From the NCBI GenBank assembly GCA_013265495.1, contig MU059377.1, forward strand, positions 17,703,733-17,767,732: 64,000 bases of DNA, read 5' to 3'. The translations under genes were made by a program, and so were the position numbers. The stretch's first letter is position 1. Each line of letters starts with the position of its first letter. Below the pieces are notes generated by a model. It worked only from the letters and a program-made list of their open reading frames with translations. It made no database searches and was not told where the DNA came from. Source of the stretch: Vicugna vicugna (lineage: Eukaryota). This document shows positions 13,540 to 25,720 of this stretch, piece after piece.

Positions 13540-14545
13540 TTCTCTTTTTAAAATAAACTTTACATGTAAATAGTTTTATATTTACAGAAAAGTTGAAGAA
13601 ATTCAAGAGTTCTCAAATACTCCTGATCTCCCCTATAAATAGCATCTTACATAAGTACAGTGCATTGGTCAATATCTGTGAGTTCACATTGATATGATAA
13701 ATCATTATTTTTAACTAAACACCATACTTTATATTTCCTTATTTTTACCTAATATCCTTTATCTGTTCCAGGACCCTATCCAGGATACCACATTGTGTTT
13801 GGTCAACCTGTCTCTTTAAGGATATCTAGACTGTGACAATGTCTCAGATTTGCCTGTTTTTAGTGACCTTGACAATTTTGAAAACTACTAATCAGATATT
13901 TTTCAGACTATACCTCAGCTGTTGGTTTGTTTTTTAATTGATATATAGTCAGTTACAATGTGTCAATTTCTGGTGCACAGCATAATGTCCCACTAATGCA
14001 TATATAAATTTGGAAGTTTGAGATTTGCAAATGTTAACCACTATATATAAAAACAGTTAAAAAATGAATTTCTTCTGTATATCATAAGGGACTATATTCA
14101 GTATCTTGTAATAACTTTTAATGAAAAAGAATATGAAAATGAATATATGTCTATATACACATGACTTAACTAGGTTTTAACTGATGTTTTTCACACGATT
14201 AGACTAGGGTTATAGGTTTTGGGGAGAAAGGCCACAGAGATAAAGGCCATCCCCATCACATCATGTCAAGGGTACGTGTACGCAACATGATTTATTTTTA
14301 CTGTTGCTGTTGACCACCTGGCTACGGTAGTGTTTGTCAGGTGAATTCACTCTAAGGTTATTCTCTCCCCGCCCCCTTTCCATTCTGTACCCTTGAGAAG
14401 GAAATTGCTTGGTGCCGTCCACACTGAAGGAGTGGGGAGTTATGCTCTATCTCCTTGAGGGTGTAATATCTGCATAATTTATTTGAAATTCTTCTGTGCG
14501 AGAAATTTGTCTATTCTCATTAATTTATATATGAAACTTTTCTGC
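13540..14545 (-). mobile_element. Old L1MC-type 3' UTR fragment (interrupted at 13930-14166)
   Basis: Diagnostic segments ttccaggaccctatccaggataccacattgtgtttgg and gattagactagggttataggttttggggagaaaggccacagag. Confidence 0.75.
13930..14166 (-). mobile_element. Camelid L1 3' tail with 5' inversion (twin-priming structure)
   Basis: 13930-14004 is the extreme L1 3' end plus poly(A) on the minus strand. 14004-14166 is the adjoining upstream part of the same tail on the plus strand. The collinear copy at 43822-44080 shows the uninverted order. Confidence 0.85.
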
Positions 14546-14549
14546 CACA

Positions 14550-15240
14550 GTACTGCTGTGGTGGATACTCAGCGCTATGAATTTGTGAAAATCCATAAAA
14601 CTTTACAGCATAAACAAAGAATCTTAATGTGTGCAATTAAAAAAAAAACCCTTTAGGAAGCCAGAGGACGCTAGGATGGAATAAATACTGCAACAACAAA
14701 ACACTATACATATATATTGGAACTAAGCAATTAAGTGAATGGGTGGCTGATGGAACAAGACAGGTTTCTCACTGTTGGAGTGGGAGCTTACAAACAACAA
14801 GAGAAGAAGGCTAGAATGTTCCATATGGTAACAAATTAGAGTTAGAGACAGTATGAACTTGTGTTTAGTACAGATACAGACAGATAAGTACAGTAATACA
14901 TATAGATATGTCTGTATACATGCATATACACAAATATTTCTTGCTTTGTCTGCTGAGAAGGGCTATGACAATTACACCTGCCATGGCTGTTATCTAGATC
15001 TTGGCTTCTAATACCATTTTCCAATAAAAGAACCAGGGATCCTAGAAGAAAGGGATGATTCTATCAGTGGGGCAGGAGATCAACCTGGGATACTTTAGAG
15101 TGCCAGAAAGTAAGGAAGTGAGCAAAACAAAATCACAAAAAGGGAAGTGTGTCAAAGATGGGGCCGATCATGCAAGCGCCTACTGAAAGAGCTACCAATG
15201 GCCAAAGCTGGAAAAACATAAGCAAAATGAAAAACGAATG
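14550..15240 (+). mobile_element. L1MC-type 3' UTR fragment
   Basis: Diagnostic segments agatcttggcttctaataccattttccaataaaagaaccagg and gagctaccaatggccaaagctggaa. Confidence 0.75.
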
Positions 15241-15329
15241 TCTTTGTTAAATGCAATTTGATTAACACATCATCCTGAATGAATCACTGTTTCTTGCTCC
15301 GTAAGTCCTACCAAAGAGATAATTTAGGA

Positions 15330-15540
15330 TAAGGGTTGTTAGCAAATATTCTGGAATTAGACTGATCAAGTTTAAATTATGGCTCCAGTTCTTATGTATT
15401 AGCCTGGTCAAACTGCTTAATCTATTTATATTTCCATTTTCTTGTCAAAATATTGGATAATGACAATATATATGAAGTGCTAGTCTATGGTGCTGGGCAG
15501 ATGGTAAGCACTCAGTAAATATGAGCTATTTTTAAAAGTT
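15330..15540 (+). mobile_element. MIR SINE
   Basis: tctggaattagactgatcaagtttaaattatggctccag...ggtaagcactcagtaaatatgagctatt matches the MIR head and tail. Confidence 0.65.
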
Positions 15541-17736
15541 TGTTTGCAGTATGCATTAAGTAAAATTCGTTATTTTCATTGCTAAATGACAATTTATTTC
15601 TTGATAATTTTGGGAGCAGTATTTTCAAAGGGTATAGAGTTTATTGCAGACATACCAAACTAATTTGCTAAAATTCATTTATACATATAAAATGCCATTT
15701 CTGCATTTTATATTTACAATTCCCATTAATGGGATTATAGATAAGTTCTGTGATAGTTGCTATGACTTCCTTTGATTTTTACAAATGACTAAATTGCATA
15801 TTAGGTTTTAATATGGTTGCTTTTTCTAAATGTAGCAATATAGCTTGGGGCGATATTTCTCTAGTGTCACTATTGACCAATTCTGTTATTTTTGTGAAAA
15901 TTTCCGTGATAATGTTTGCTTGATGTCAGACACATAAAATCATTGAAAACTGACTGAAAATAAAGCTAAAAACCAGGAATCAGTTGTTTTACACTTGGAT
16001 AAACTCATACTTTGTTAGACATCCTACAATAGCCAATAATGTTGGTAAGCCAGAGTACTAAGGTGTGGTCTAAGGAAGAAGGCATGGTGGGCTGCAGCAC
16101 TGGCCCCATTAGGGTACAAAGCACCCTCCCAAACTACAGACCAGTCTTCCCATGGTTTAACATAAACAATAATTTAAAAAAAAACTTACATGAAGTATTA
16201 AACAAATATTCTTGAAACACACCCCCTTTTATCCCATTCAAAACCAGATTGCCATTCCTAAATACCTCCTGTAAATAAATTCTAGACAAATCCTTGGTGT
16301 CAACAGGAATATTTCTGCATCTATACACAAGGTTTGACTTTAACAGTCATCAACTCACTGCTGTCAACAAAGACACTAATATTTTCAACCTAAATGTTGA
16401 GTCAATATCAAGTTGCTTTGAGTACTTGAATTAACATGTCAGCCCCCATGGAGTTCTTCCCCTTTCCTTTTCTAGGGTACAGCTCCTGGCTTTAAAAATT
16501 CAGTTGAGGTTATATTTTGGCTTTGGTGTGTGCCTCCTTGGAACTGCAGAACAGAAAAATTACCATTTGATGCTCCTGGCTTCGAAAATATCCCCAAAAC
16601 TGGGGAGGCGATCTGATGGGCCGCTGATATATAGATGGCCCAGAGTGAAGCCAAATCATCATTGTAGATGAAGAAGTGTCACGCAGAGACAGTGTGGGTT
16701 CTATCCATCTTTCAATGATAATTAGAAAATCTACTGTTTCTGTCACTGGCTTCTCCAAGGAACTAAGTGATACCCGAGGCTCTAAGTTGGCTTTAATTCA
16801 TGGGGTAGGAATAAAATGTTGCATTCTTGATTTATTGCATGAAACTTCCCTTTGTCTTAACCCATTGATTGATCTCATGTAAATTGGATTTGTCCCTTGC
16901 TAACCTGAAAGCTCAAGGAGGTCGAGGACCTCGTGTCTCTTAAAATTTAACACAATGCCTACCATATGTTAAATGTTTATACTAGTATGTTGAAATTCAA
17001 TCAATTCTTCAATATGTTACAAAACTTGTGGATAAAGATTCAAAGCTGAACTTCTCCTTGCTTTCTTTTATCTTTGTGTTAAAAAACACTCCTTTTTGGG
17101 AGAAATAGAGAAAAACCAAACAGATGGTAAAAGTGTGTTATCTTCCTTAATAAAAAATGTATTAATCAATCCTAATCTTTCGATAATTTCAAAACATAAA
17201 CGGGGGGGGGGGATGAGGAGTCATGAGATGTAGGCTGCAAATCTAAGTGTTTTTCTAGGCAACTGTGGGGACAGGGACAAGTGGTAACTGTAAATCAACT
17301 CAGCAATTGCATGGGATTCCAAGCTGGGAAGCAGAGCATCACTGAATCTGTTCCAGGGGCTCCTGTCTCTTTTACTTAGTGTTCTCTAAGGAAAGGATGA
17401 CTTGTAAGGGCTGATCAGGCAAGAACTCTTATACATTTACCTTCCCAATCAGAGTTCCTATCAAATACAACTCCTGGGGAATAGTGAACCACGCATACAA
17501 GATCTGCCCTGTATTTTACAGAATACAAAATAGTGAAAAGTTTCCTGATACTCAAAGACCTGCAATTTTACTTATTATAAACATTTCCCAGTATCATCAG
17601 ATGCAAGGACCACTGCTTGAGCTTCCTGAATGGCTTCCTAGTGTATGTCTGGCCTTTCTCTAATTAATTTCTGCACATCACTTTCAAAATTCATCTTTCA
17701 AAAACACAGCTTTTACAAAGGTAGGTCCTGCTCTAA

Positions 17737-17758
17737 ACACACACACACACACACACAC
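17737..17758 (+). repeat. (CA)n microsatellite
   Basis: Direct reading of the sequence. Confidence 0.95.
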
Positions 17759-18404
17759 AACAGAACGTAGTCATCCTCTACATTTACAGAGCAGTGGGAA
17801 TCTGCTTAGTCTGGCACTCAATGCTTAATATAGACTTGGAATCAAACAGACCTTAGTTCAAACTCTGGCTCTGTTTTGGTAGATCACACAGATAATCCAA
17901 GAGAGTCTTATATGAGTAATAACTATGTCATTCTTATTATAGAAATATTTGGACTTTAGGTTATTTTTTAATCCCAAAGGGTTTAAGCTTGGGTTCTAGC
18001 TTATGTTGCTTAATTTCTATTTTAGCAACAAGAAATACCTGGGAATGATAAGGCTACCTACAGCATCTACTGCCTACACATTCGATCATAGTTAGGAACT
18101 TGCTTTACATTTTTATGCATTTAGTTATCAAGATACATTTTTTCAATCTATTATATAAATGGTGACTGTGTTTACCCTACTCAAATCAGCTCAGTATCCC
18201 TTGCCTTCTATTTTAGATCAATTGCCTAATATAGTTAGACATTCTGTTTGTCTTAGAGAACCTCAAACAACTGACATTTATTATTCATCACTCAGAAAAA
18301 ATGTGATTTTAAAAAAGAGGGCTATTGGACACAATCAAGAAGAAATCGGACTTTAAATATCAATGTGTTAATGTCATTAATCAATATTAGAAACGTTCAC
18401 ATTC

Positions 18405-18422
18405 GTGTGTGTGTGTGTGTGT
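18405..18422 (+). repeat. (GT)n microsatellite
   Basis: Direct reading of the sequence. Confidence 0.9.
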
Positions 18423-18509
18423 GAGCCCACATAGGTGTAAGCCAGGTGGGAAAGGGGCAAGAGGTCCTATGGGGCCAGGGTCAATCTTGGTAGTGGAAAA
18501 TTGGAGAGT

Positions 18510-18725
18510 GGTTGTAGGCAGTCTCTAAGACTCCAAGATGACCCCCAGTCATTCTGGACTTCTAGTATTGATTTCTATGTGTGATTCTTAAAACTGAGCT
18601 AGACTAACTGATTCACTGCTAAATCAAAGAATTTGGCAGAAGAGATACAATGCTACTTCTTAAATTAGGTTATAAAATATTCTGACTTTCATCTTGGGTG
18701 TTAACTCTCTCCCCCTCTCTCTCAC
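18510..18725 (+). mobile_element. MLT1 (MLT1E/F-like) LTR 5' fragment
   Basis: tgtaggcagtctctaagactccaagatgaccccc...attaggttataaaatattctgactttcatcttg resembles an MLT1 5' end. Confidence 0.6.
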
Positions 18726-19604
18726 TTCATTTAAAAATTTATTTCTGGGAATGTATTTTTTATTTGTTTTAGACATAATCAAATTTCATGTCTAACTTTG
18801 TGTTCTTCTGATTTTTTTTAACAACATTATAGTCTTCAGCATTTCCAAGTTAATGTACAGACTTTTTAGTGATCTTTTTAAAGAGAGCAACATAGTTGAT
18901 TGATGTTAGTCACAATTTTTGTAATAATTCCTATGCTTGCATATTATAAGAAATTTAAGATATTTCAAACTTGTTGCTATTAAAATGAATACTTATAAAC
19001 ATCCTCATCCACTTTTAATATTCTTTATTTTTCCCTTATTTTAGATTTATAAAGTGAAATTTTGGGTAAAAAGACACAAATCTTCTTTTAAGAACTTTTA
19101 TCCAAAAACATGTTTTTAACAGGTAAACTTTCCCCTTAGCTTTAGCTTCCTATTTTCTTCATAATCAATTGAGGTGACTCCATGTAACTTAAAAGATTAG
19201 GTCTCTCAAAAGATTCCTACAGGACAGTTTTTTTTTTTTTTAATGTAAAGGTCTTAGATCCATTTTAAAGACATAGTACTGCAGGTAAGAAGTGTTATCA
19301 CATTGTATGGGTTCTTCCTACAAGTCTGTCACCTTATTATTTCTAGTTCACTGACAGCTCTTCAAAAACTGTATTCTCTGGAGCTGTAGCTAAAATCCTG
19401 CTTTGTCTATTTTCAAAGAGATTAGTGAACTCATAAATCCAGGAAGTTCCCCTTAATTAGGTTAATTACATAATGCTGTTAATTACAGCAGAATGACTTC
19501 CCCACAATTTTAGGAAACGAATTGTGCTGAGGACACCTTATTCTATCAAAAAATTTCCAACTAGGATTTCCAGGTGTTCTTTAATTTCTTCTAAATTATT
19601 TAAG

Positions 19605-21000
19605 TTAGGTTTACTGAGATATCATTTACTTATAATAAAACATCCTTTTTTTAGTATATATATAGTTCAATGAGATTTGACAATCACATAGTCATGTGTC
19701 TGCCACCACAACGAAGATACAGAATATTTTCATCACCCCAAAAAGTTTCCTTATAGCTCTTTGTAGACAGTTTCCCTTTCTCCCGCTCATCCCCTGGCAA
19801 CCAGGGATCTGACAGTTTCCTGAACAGTACATTATTGCTTTTTCTGGAATGTCATGTGAATGGAATCAGGGAGGCTTTTGTTTCTAGTTTCTTTCACTCA
19901 GCATAATGCCTTTGAGATTCAGACATTTCGTTGGCATGTATCAATAGTTTGCTCCTTTTTATTGCTGAGACTTATTATTCCACTATATGGATATAACACA
20001 AGTTGTGTATCCATTTACCAGTTAATTGACACTTTGGTTATTTCTAGTTCGTGGATGTTGTAAATAAAGCTGGCATAAATATTCAATATTTGTCTGTGGG
20101 TGGGAATACTTTTTGATTTCTCTTAGGTATATCTAGGTGTGAGAATGCAGAATCTTGTGGAAAGTGTTGTTTAAATTTTTAAGAAATTATTGAAATTCTC
20201 TGCCATTATCTCTTTAAACATTTATTCTGCCTGATTTTCTCTCTCTTGTCCCTTTAGGGCTCCAATTACTCTTGTGTTAGACTGTTTAATATTGCCAGTA
20301 CTTGTTAGTTACTCCATTCTATTTTATATTTGTATTCTTGGTTTTTCCTTCTTTTCCATTTGAACAATTTTAATTGGTCTTCTAAGTCACTATAGTTTTA
20401 TCCTTTTGTGCTCAGTCTGCTAATAAACTGAAATAATTCTTCATCTCTCTCTCTTTCTTTAACTTCTGGCATTTACATTTGATTTTTAAATAATTTTCAT
20501 TTCTATGCCAAAATTCTTGATTTATTCACTCATGTTTTCTAGATTTTCTACCATTTCTTGTAACTTACTAACTGGTTGTTTTCTTATCCTTTTTTGAATA
20601 ATTCCAACCAAGGGGTTTTCTTTGAGTCTGATTTGGTTAACTAGCTAATCATTTAACAGTGGATTACTTTTTCTGGTTTTTTTCATGAGCCAATTAAAAA
20701 AAAAATTAAACTCTGTCTATTGTATGTTGGAAGGACAGTAGAGACTAAAGGCAATAGTATTTAAAACTAGAAATGGGCATGCCTCCTCTGTCAAGCTGTT
20801 AGAGTGTGTGGGGATTAAATCAGGAAGTCCATCTGGTCAGTAGTTAAACTGAGCTTCTTGGACTTTTGTTGCCATATTTAACTTCAATGTAGTGCCCTGA
20901 AGTGATCTTATTTAGTCTGGCTCCTGGAGTGGAGTGTCGTATGACCTCAACTCTCTGATGGTCTCAAGAAAAGTTATGATTTTGTAGATTTTCTAGATTT
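19605..21000 (-). mobile_element. Old L1M (L1MB/ME-like) 3' end plus further L1M-like fragments
   Basis: tttactgagatatcatttac...atagttcaatgagatttgacaatc...cagaatattttcatcaccccaaaaagtttcc and aatggaatcagg...ctttcactcagcataatg are classic reverse-strand L1M 3' UTR segments. The assignment beyond about 20200 is weaker. Confidence 0.7.
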
Positions 21001-21949
21001 TTCTTTTTATTAAAAGAGAACCAGCAACATAGAAGCAGACTGCCTCCTCAGATGATTTTGTTGACACATCAATGCCGCTAAAATACAGCTCTGGGCTTTC
21101 ACTCCACATTAAGGTCAGAACGACAAGAAAGTACAGTGAAAAGTAAGTTCTCCCGTTTTAGTTTCTCCTTTTCCAATTCCCACTTCATTTCAGACACATT
21201 TCTTTTGTTTGGTGATGTCAAATTAAGAATACTCCAAGCTAAAATAATTCTTTTAAAAAGGAAAAGGAAAATATCAATGTTTGGGAAGATGTTATAAAAT
21301 TCTCCTTGGAAACCATGTGCTATTACTTCCCACGTCAGCGCAAATGACTTTTGGACTTGTTAACTATGGAAATTTGCCTTACATCCCATCCGGCCTGGGA
21401 TGTAGATAAATAATCATAGAGAAACTATGCCAAAATGTATGAGAAGAGACTTCCCATTGTCTTATAAATTTCCCAGCTGAAGTGGGAAGAAAAACAGCAC
21501 TGTTTTAACTCATTCTCTCACCAATCCCAGAGACTACACAAGCCAGAGAATCTCCCTCTCCCATCTCTGGCATATGTTTAAAATCCTGTGTCCCTACTGA
21601 TAAATTAACAGTAGGAAGCAATACAACAAGGGGAGGATATATACATTCTCTTTCATGAGCGGTTTTCTTCTAAAATCTAGCCTTCAGCCATAAAAGCCCA
21701 GAAATTCCTTTTCTTAGCTCACTCAGAGGCCATTGGACTTGAATGCTTTTCACAAATCCTTACTAATAACTGAAATGCAAATTATTTATTTATTTAAAAT
21801 AAAATCATGACTGGAAAGCCTTTGCTCTATGCGTGGCGTATAGGATATTCTCAATAAATATGGACTTCTTCCCTGTCATTATGATAACTGTTGTCATTAC
21901 TTTTGTAACAAAAGACAGACTGAAGCCAGGACAATGATCAGTTTTTGAT

Positions 21950-22380
21950 GAGACGTGGCAGAGTGAGCTGGCTGTCCCCCAAAACTCATGCTGCCTCGCC
22001 TCTAACAGAGTCACTGACGGGAGGCAGCTGTCCACTCGGCCGTTTTACTGCCCAGACTCTCTTGTGTCTTCGTGCAGTCATGTACCTAACTCTCACCAAT
22101 ATGAGTAGCAAGGATATGTGTTCCTTTGGGACCAAGGGTTTTGAAGAGGCAGGTGCCTCCGTGTGCTTTCTTTCTCTTTCCACAGATGGATTAAGATGCC
22201 GTGTTCGGTGCACTAGGCCTGGTACAGCTACAAGATGGAAGAATCTTGTCTGTGGAATTACTGCACTGAGGATTGCCACCTTGGACTCTTGTGAGCGAAA
22301 AATGAATGTCTTTTATGTTTAAGCCTTTTGTACTTAGGGATTTATTTGTGACCACAGGTAATGTTATCTTGACTAATATA
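21950..22380 (+). mobile_element. MLT1-family LTR (MLT1H/J-like)
   Basis: Ends with ...tgtcttttatgtttaagcc...ggatttatttgtgaccacagg...cttgactaatata, the MLT1 3' terminus pattern. Confidence 0.7.
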
Positions 22381-22387
22381 GTAACCC

Positions 22388-22655
22388 CAGACTACTCAAA
22401 GAATGGTCTACAAAAGTCTGCAAACTGTTACTGGTCTGTGACACTTTTAGTATAGAAACTGAGAGAAACAATTTAGGAGATTAAAAACAACTGGACAGTG
22501 TAATTTTTATGTCTGTTGAACATATTTTTTAAAATTTGGCTTGTATTTTACATATCATTTTATTTCATTTTTTTCTATTTTTATTGGATTTTATATCGGT
22601 CTCTGATGTATTAATTTTTTAAAATAGTCTTTTAATATGGTTTGAGTAGCACTTG
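22388..22655. mobile_element. hAT-Charlie-type non-autonomous DNA transposon (MER)
   Basis: Terminal inverted repeats (cagactactcaaa ... tttgagtagcact) bracket an AT-rich interior. Confidence 0.7.
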
Positions 22656-23613
22656 ATTAAAATGCTGCTGTTGTCCCTTGCAGAAATAGCATTCTCTTTC
22701 TAGAGCACTCTCAGCACCTGCTTCTAGATAAATAACCTACATAAGCACCTTCTCAATGAAACCTGAAAGCCTCATCCCCTTCCACTCAAAGGGTGAATTG
22801 TGCCAAACATCTTAGCTTAACAAGAGTACCCTTCTGCAGGGAATATTTTTGGCTGTCAAAAAATGATTTCCAAATTTCTCATAGGCTCTGAATTCTTACC
22901 TTCATTATTCACAACTGCCACTTCTACCTCTTAATAGTCCATTGATTCTTCTTAATTATAATCAAAATATCCTTCCTTTTGACCTTTGCCTGAATTGCCT
23001 TTAACCTGGGTCCTGTCTACCTTAATGAGTATTCTCACAGGCCCTTTTCCACTTCCTCCGAAACTCCCTGGCCCCTTACTAACTGTAAAATAAACAAAGT
23101 GGCCCTGTGGCTTTGAATGTCCAGTCTTGATGCTCTGCAAAGCTTGTACATCACGTGTGTGTCTCTTCCAACAGAGATTCGTCCTTTAGTTCACTTTTAA
23201 TATCTAGAGCAAACATTTTTTTTAAATTAAATAATTTTATATCTTTGTAATGTGGTTGACATCGTCAGTTACACGACAGCAATTTCAATAATTTGACTTT
23301 CCTTTGGCAACATGAGGAAGGTTCATCCAAACACTAGGCTCTATAGAGAATGCAGTATTTGAGCCGGAGAAGGTCTCTTTTCTCAAACTGCTTTTAATGC
23401 CAATTACCACAATATAAGATAAAATGATGAGGCGTCTTTCTAATATCCAGTTATTCAACATGCTGCATTGTAAATACCTTTACATTTATTTTTGTCTTCT
23501 TCAACAGATGCTCTTATGTTCCTCAAATGCAATGAAATGTTACCTTTTCTCTCTTTTTTATTTTTACTCATCTTTTAAGTTTTTTTCTATTTTTATCCTT
23601 ATCTCTTTGTTAC

Positions 23614-23750
23614 TTTTTTTGGAAGGGGAGGGAGATAATTAGGCTTCTTTATTTATTTTAAAAAATTTTTAATGAAGGTACTGAAGATTGAACCCAGGAC
23701 CTCGTGCATGCTAACTAACCACATACTCTACCACTGAGCTATACCCTCCC
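23614..23750 (-). mobile_element. Camelid vic-1-type SINE
   Basis: Reverse complement reads gggagggtatagctcagtggtagag...ttagcatgcacgaggtcctgggttcaatc...cctaattatctccc plus poly(A). A and B boxes are intact. Confidence 0.9.
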
Positions 23751-25158
23751 TCCCTTAACTTTTCTCTTTCTTTAGAGAAATAAATATGATTTATCCTCAG
23801 TTTCTTCAATTGGCATAAAGCAGGCATTCAGTAAATGCTTATTTTTAAAGTCTTTGAACTGCTCTTTTGGGAGACAAGAATCTTTACTGGACTATAATGA
23901 TAGAATCTTAGGGCTGGATACCTATCTTCTCTACCATCTAAGGGCTGGTAACTGCCACCTAGTAAAAATGCCATGGTTTGCAGAGCCAGAGGCCGCTAGC
24001 TTGAAATCCTTTCCCCACTGTTCAGTCTTGGGTGAATTTAAGCTTACTGCTCCGCCTGTTTCAGCCTCAATTTCTTCAATTGCTAAAATATGCCTCTCAC
24101 GATTTTATCTCAGAGATTAAATGTTTGTCAAATAGGTGGCAATTACTAGGCCAAGAATATAAAAGGACTATTTTTCACCTGGTTTAATTCCAATTGTTTT
24201 ATTCATGCTACTGAGAATCAGCAAAGCAATGGGACTTGTCCAGAAATAACTTGTAAGTTAATGTAGCAAAGCTGGCCAGAAAATACTTACAGCCTCAGTT
24301 TTGCGGTGGCTTCAGGTCTCTTTCTAAGGATTATTTAGCCCTAAGGTACTTCTCTCAAAGGTTAGGTATCCAAAATAAAGTTATAAGAAAAGATGGAGTG
24401 AAAAAACTTACAAGAAACACATCTGATGTTATAAATGAAAAGCTCAAAGCCCTACAAAAAAAATCATATTATTTGGTTTTATAAGAACTATGTTCTAATC
24501 TAAAAGTCCTTTAAGTACCCACAGGAAGAAGGCAGTAGTCCACTGTTTATGGAGTAGACCAGTGGAGAACATTGAATATTCTTCATTAGAAACATTTGCA
24601 GGGAGGTAAATATTTACTTAAGTACCTGTAAATGCAAGGTACTCACAGTTTCATGAAAAAGCATCTCTATAACATGGAAACACTCTGAAGATGTTCAACT
24701 CAATGTGTCATCATTCTCTCTGCCAATGTCGTGTTTATGTATCTTGCTAACCCAACCTCTTATCTCAGCTTTGCTCCATGACTAAACACTTTCCTTTCAT
24801 CCTCTCTTTTCATTCAAATCCACTTGCTTGTGAGGGGATCTGGGAAGTAGTTTAGAGAAACAAAAACGAAGAGTTTTTCCTCTAGACGTGGCATGGGCTA
24901 CTGAAAAGAGACATTTCAGATTTAACAGTCTTAGTTTGGAATTTATTAGAATCAAAGCAGATGTGGCATTGTTATACCTTGATGACCTCTGCATAATTTA
25001 GAAGGATGTGAAGTGTGCTTTTTATGAAGATGACGATGCCAAATGCTTACAGATGCTGATAGCAGTACTGGAGAAATTGGAAGCCATGTTATTGTCAAAT
25101 CATATAAAAATGTAAAAATGTGACTGTGTGTATGTGTGTGTGTGTTTTCACTTTTCAG

Positions 25159-25202
25159 CAGCAGGGAACGATGCCACAAGGGAAAGTCTGGTCTGTAGTG
25201 AG
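25159..25202 (+). other. Candidate short exon with tandem CAGCAGCAG acceptors
   Basis: Branch-like gtgact, a (TG)n tract, ttttcacttttcag|cag|cag and donor GAG|gtaaaa. No transcript evidence. Confidence 0.2.
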
Positions 25203-25517
25203 GTAAAAGAAGAAAAATAATCATACTGATTTGAGGTTATGTTGTTGAAAGAAAAATAATGGAAAGAAAAATATATGAAAGGCTAGTGAAACTCACAAGA
25301 GGCGGCACTGGTCATAATTTTAACGGGTAAAACCTGTTATTCTCTGTAGCCTGCTCTGTGGTCCTTCCGAATTTCCATACATGTTTTATTTCTCTGGTTG
25401 TCACCTTTTGCCATAATATTTCTAGACTCCAAACACTTGCCTTTTTCATTTCTTTCTGGGCAGAGATATCAGCACATTTGCGAGATTGCTGGTCACTACA
25501 AACAGGCTGCTTCCTTT

Positions 25518-25720
25518 AAAAAGTGCATGATCTCACTTATATGGGGAATCTTAAAAAAATCAAACACATAATAGCAGAGAGGCGAATGGGAGTTGCCAGG
25601 GGCTGGAGGGTAGGGAAAATGGGAAGATGTTGGTCAGAGGTCACAAAGTTTCCATTATGAAGGGTGAATAATTCTGGAGATGTAAAGCATGGTGACTATA
25701 GTTAATAACACTGTAATAGA
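25518..25720 (+). mobile_element. L1MA/MB-type 3' UTR fragment
   Basis: tgcatgatctcacttatatggggaatcttaaaaaaatcaaac...gttgccaggggctggaggg...ggtgactatagttaataacactgta. Confidence 0.8.
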
